Shown here piece after piece: positions 62,187 to 64,000 of a stretch of 64,000 bases of DNA. Source of the stretch: Deltaproteobacteria bacterium. Lineage in GTDB: Bacteria; UBA10199; JACPAL01; JACOUP01. The position numbers and the translations under genes are program-made. A model generated the notes under the pieces. It was not told the DNA's origin and ran no database searches. It saw only the letters and a list, made by a program, of their open reading frames with translations. Location: the NCBI GenBank assembly GCA_016177765.1, contig JACOUP010000008.1:65021-129020 (forward strand). The letters run 5' to 3'. Numbering within the stretch: position 1 is the stretch's first letter; each line of letters begins with the position of its first letter.

Positions 62187-63185
62187 AAACCTCTTTTTCA
62201 CCTTTTGTATCCGGACCAAGGCCTGTCTGACCTGCCCCTCGAAGATCCCCCCTTTTTCGGAGGCCAGACGATGATTGAGGGCATCATAGACCTGACTGGC
62301 GGCATTCACATACCGGCAGATCAACAGGTGATCTGTCCCTGCCTGAATGGCCAGCTGGGCCGCCTGCCCCAGGGAATAATGATTCGTCACCCCCTTCATC
62401 AAGAGGTCATCTGTAAAAATAACCCCCTTATACTTCATCTGTTCCCTCAGAATCCTGGTGACAAATTGCGCCGAGAGAGAGGCGGGGAGTTGAGAATCAA
62501 CCTTGGGGAGAAGGAGATGGGCCGTCATGATCCCCTGAATACCGGCCTTGATCGCCCTGGCAAAGGGAACCAACTCCGCCTTTTTGAGACGCTGGAGATC
62601 ACTGGTCAATGTCGGCAATTCCTTGTGGGAATCCCCCTGAGGACCAGCCACTGTCCCCCCATGACCCGGAAAATGTTTTCCACAAGCCATCACCCCCTGG
62701 CTCTCCAACCCCTTCATAAAAAGGATTCCGGCCTTCGAGACCCACTCAGGATCTTTCCCGAAGGATCGATCCCCAATGACCGTATTGACGGAACTGGTCA
62801 GGACATCCAGGACAGGGGCAAAATCAAGATTGAAACCAAGCGCCCTGAGATCCTTGCCGATTTTCCGGGCGGTATCGGTAATCAACCCCCCCTTCTTTGT
62901 TCTTTTGAGTTCCTGCCCCATCTCCTCAGCGGAGGGGAGGAGTCCAAAACCGCTCCGCCAGCGGTTTATACGCCCTCCCTCCTGATCGATCGCAACCCAC
63001 AAGTCCTTTCTCCCGGTCACCCTTTTCAGACTGCGGATCAGTTTCTGGATCTGGCGCCTGTTTTCCATGTTGCGGGAGAAGAAGATCACCCCGCCCGGTT
63101 TGGCCATGGAAAGAAATCTTTCCTCTTCGTGAAGGAGGGAGAGCCCTTCCAAACCAACCATGATGAGATTTCCAATATCGGACAT
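62181..63185 (-). CDS. nagZ: Beta-N-acetylhexosaminidase (GH3)
   Basis: …KHFPGHGGT…, with a D-[LI]-D catalytic region …IDQEGGRI…. Its TGA stop lies inside a repeat copy. Confidence 0.85.
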   Translation of the reverse strand: MSDIGNLIMVGLEGLSLLHEEERFLSMAKPGGVIFFSRNMENRRQIQKLIRSLKRVTGRKDLWVAIDQEGGRINRWRSGFGLLPSAEEMGQELKRTKKGGLITDTARKIGKDLRALGFNLDFAPVLDVLTSSVNTVIGDRSFGKDPEWVSKAGILFMKGLESQGVMACGKHFPGHGGTVAGPQGDSHKELPTLTSDLQRLKKAELVPFARAIKAGIQGIMTAHLLLPKVDSQLPASLSAQFVTRILREQMKYKGVIFTDDLLMKGVTNHYSLGQAAQLAIQAGTDHLLICRYVNAASQVYDALNHRLASEKGGIFEGQVRQALVRIQKVKKRFG

Positions 63186-63267
63186 CAGACGTCTCTAACC
63201 CATCTCTAACAAAATTTAAAGGCAAAATTGACAGTGTGCGCCCTTAAGCCTATAATGGTTCCAAGGT

Positions 63268-64000
63268 GGTGAGAAAAATATTCAATCCTTTTATCCTGTT
63301 TTTAATAACGGCTCTTTTTACCCAGACACTCCTGGCATCACCGCTATCGCCGAAGGGTGATTCCCCCAAGGAACGCCTTCAAAAAAATATCAGGACTATT
63401 CTTGAGACAAGGCTCAAAAAGTCCACGGTTTCGATTCAGATAGTCTCCCTCGGAGAAAGCGGGCCTGAGGTTGTCTTCGAAGAAGGGGCCGGGCGTCTTT
63501 TAAATCCGGCCTCCAATATCAAACTGGTCACCGCCGCCGCGGCACTCGACGCCTTGGGTCCCGATTATACCCTGCCGACCCGTTTCTACGCCGACTCCGT
63601 TCAGGAAGGATGGGCCTCCAACCTCTGGATCAAGGGGTACGGCGACCCGCTCCTGATCACCGAGGAGGTGTCAAAGATCGTCCTGCAACTGGCCACCTTG
63701 GGTCTCCGCGGCGTTCAGCAAAACCTCCTGGTCGATACCTCCTTTTTTGACCGCCGTTCCAAAATGACCTATTTTTCAGAGGCCTCGGGACGTCTCTACA
63801 GTGTCCTGACAGGGGCCCTCTCCTTTAACTTCAACCGTCATTTCCGGCATCTTAACCGGGGTGTCGCTTTGCAAAAAGCAACGACCGTGGGGGACGAGAT
63901 GAATCCGGCCTATGACGAAGAAGGATCACCACTCCAGAACGATCTGGACCCCGGCCTCGCAACCGGTCAGGTCTTCAAAGAGGCGTTGGCAAAGGCGGGG
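63268..64000 (+). CDS. dacB: Partial D-alanyl-D-alanine carboxypeptidase/endopeptidase (PBP4, peptidase S13); 3' end beyond window
   Basis: My own translation: VRKIFNPFILFLITALF… signal peptide, then the SxxK region …LNPASNIKLVTAAAALDALGPDY… The N-terminal region carries repeat-encoded KGDSPK. Confidence 0.6.
63352..63371. repeat. Palindromic repeat copy, ~1.3 units (degenerate: GGGTGattCCCCC)
   Basis: In-frame just after the predicted PBP4 signal peptide, encoding PKGDSPK. Confidence 0.6.

Noticed and set aside
62109-63209. 366-aa plus-strand ORF antisense to nagZ
   Set aside because: It has no recognisable family, and the opposite strand encodes a clear GH3 NagZ. It is an antisense artefact typical of GC-rich DNA.

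Overview
This is a bacterial chromosomal window of moderate to high GC, dense with housekeeping genes and carrying several accessory islands. Coding capacity falls into these blocks: (1) a minus-strand purine operon purB-purS-purQ-[DUF559 insert]-purL-purF, followed by a secreted protein, an Fe-alcohol dehydrogenase and an SCP2 protein; (2) a minus-strand block of two tandem paralogous unknown proteins plus a large metallophosphoesterase-domain protein; (3) pyrG, two P/A-rich hypothetical genes, then the classic rpoN-hpf-ptsN-hprK-EIIA(Man)-ptsH-ptsI nitrogen-PTS cluster; (4) a five-gene putative phospho-alcohol/lipid head-group module (CDP-alcohol phosphatidyltransferase, HAD phosphatase, sugar-phosphate nucleotidyltransferase, UPF0104 flippase-like membrane protein, radical SAM enzyme) and a rhomboid protease; (5) a compact AddB-like nuclease plus UvrD-like helicase pair, glnE, dksA-like, phoU, DUF721, DUF1015, tsaC, and a second pur cluster purE-purD-purH with a GAF histidine kinase; (6) two giant cysteine-rich/Ca-binding-repeat lipoproteins with two small coupled unknown genes; (7) nadD, nadK, PSRP, rmuC, a CN-hydrolase, grxC, nagZ and a partial PBP4/DacB. 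The most striking feature is a dispersed 15-bp-periodic palindromic repeat family with core GGGTG-N3-CACCC (typically AAGGGTGATTCACCC). It occurs in at least 15 copies across 64 kb, always inside or at the termini of protein-coding genes, and is inserted in-frame in both orientations and several frames. It adds pentapeptide tracts (GDSPK, GGTPL, LGWHT, APLGE) to housekeeping proteins including PurL, PyrG, GlnE, PTS EIIA, the UvrD-like helicase and NagZ. In two places it appears to donate a stop codon or a start codon. A second, different GC-rich palindromic in-frame insertion sits in purQ. A low-GC DUF559 endonuclease cassette flanked by matching hairpins is wedged into the pur operon. No rRNA, tRNA or CRISPR was recognised.
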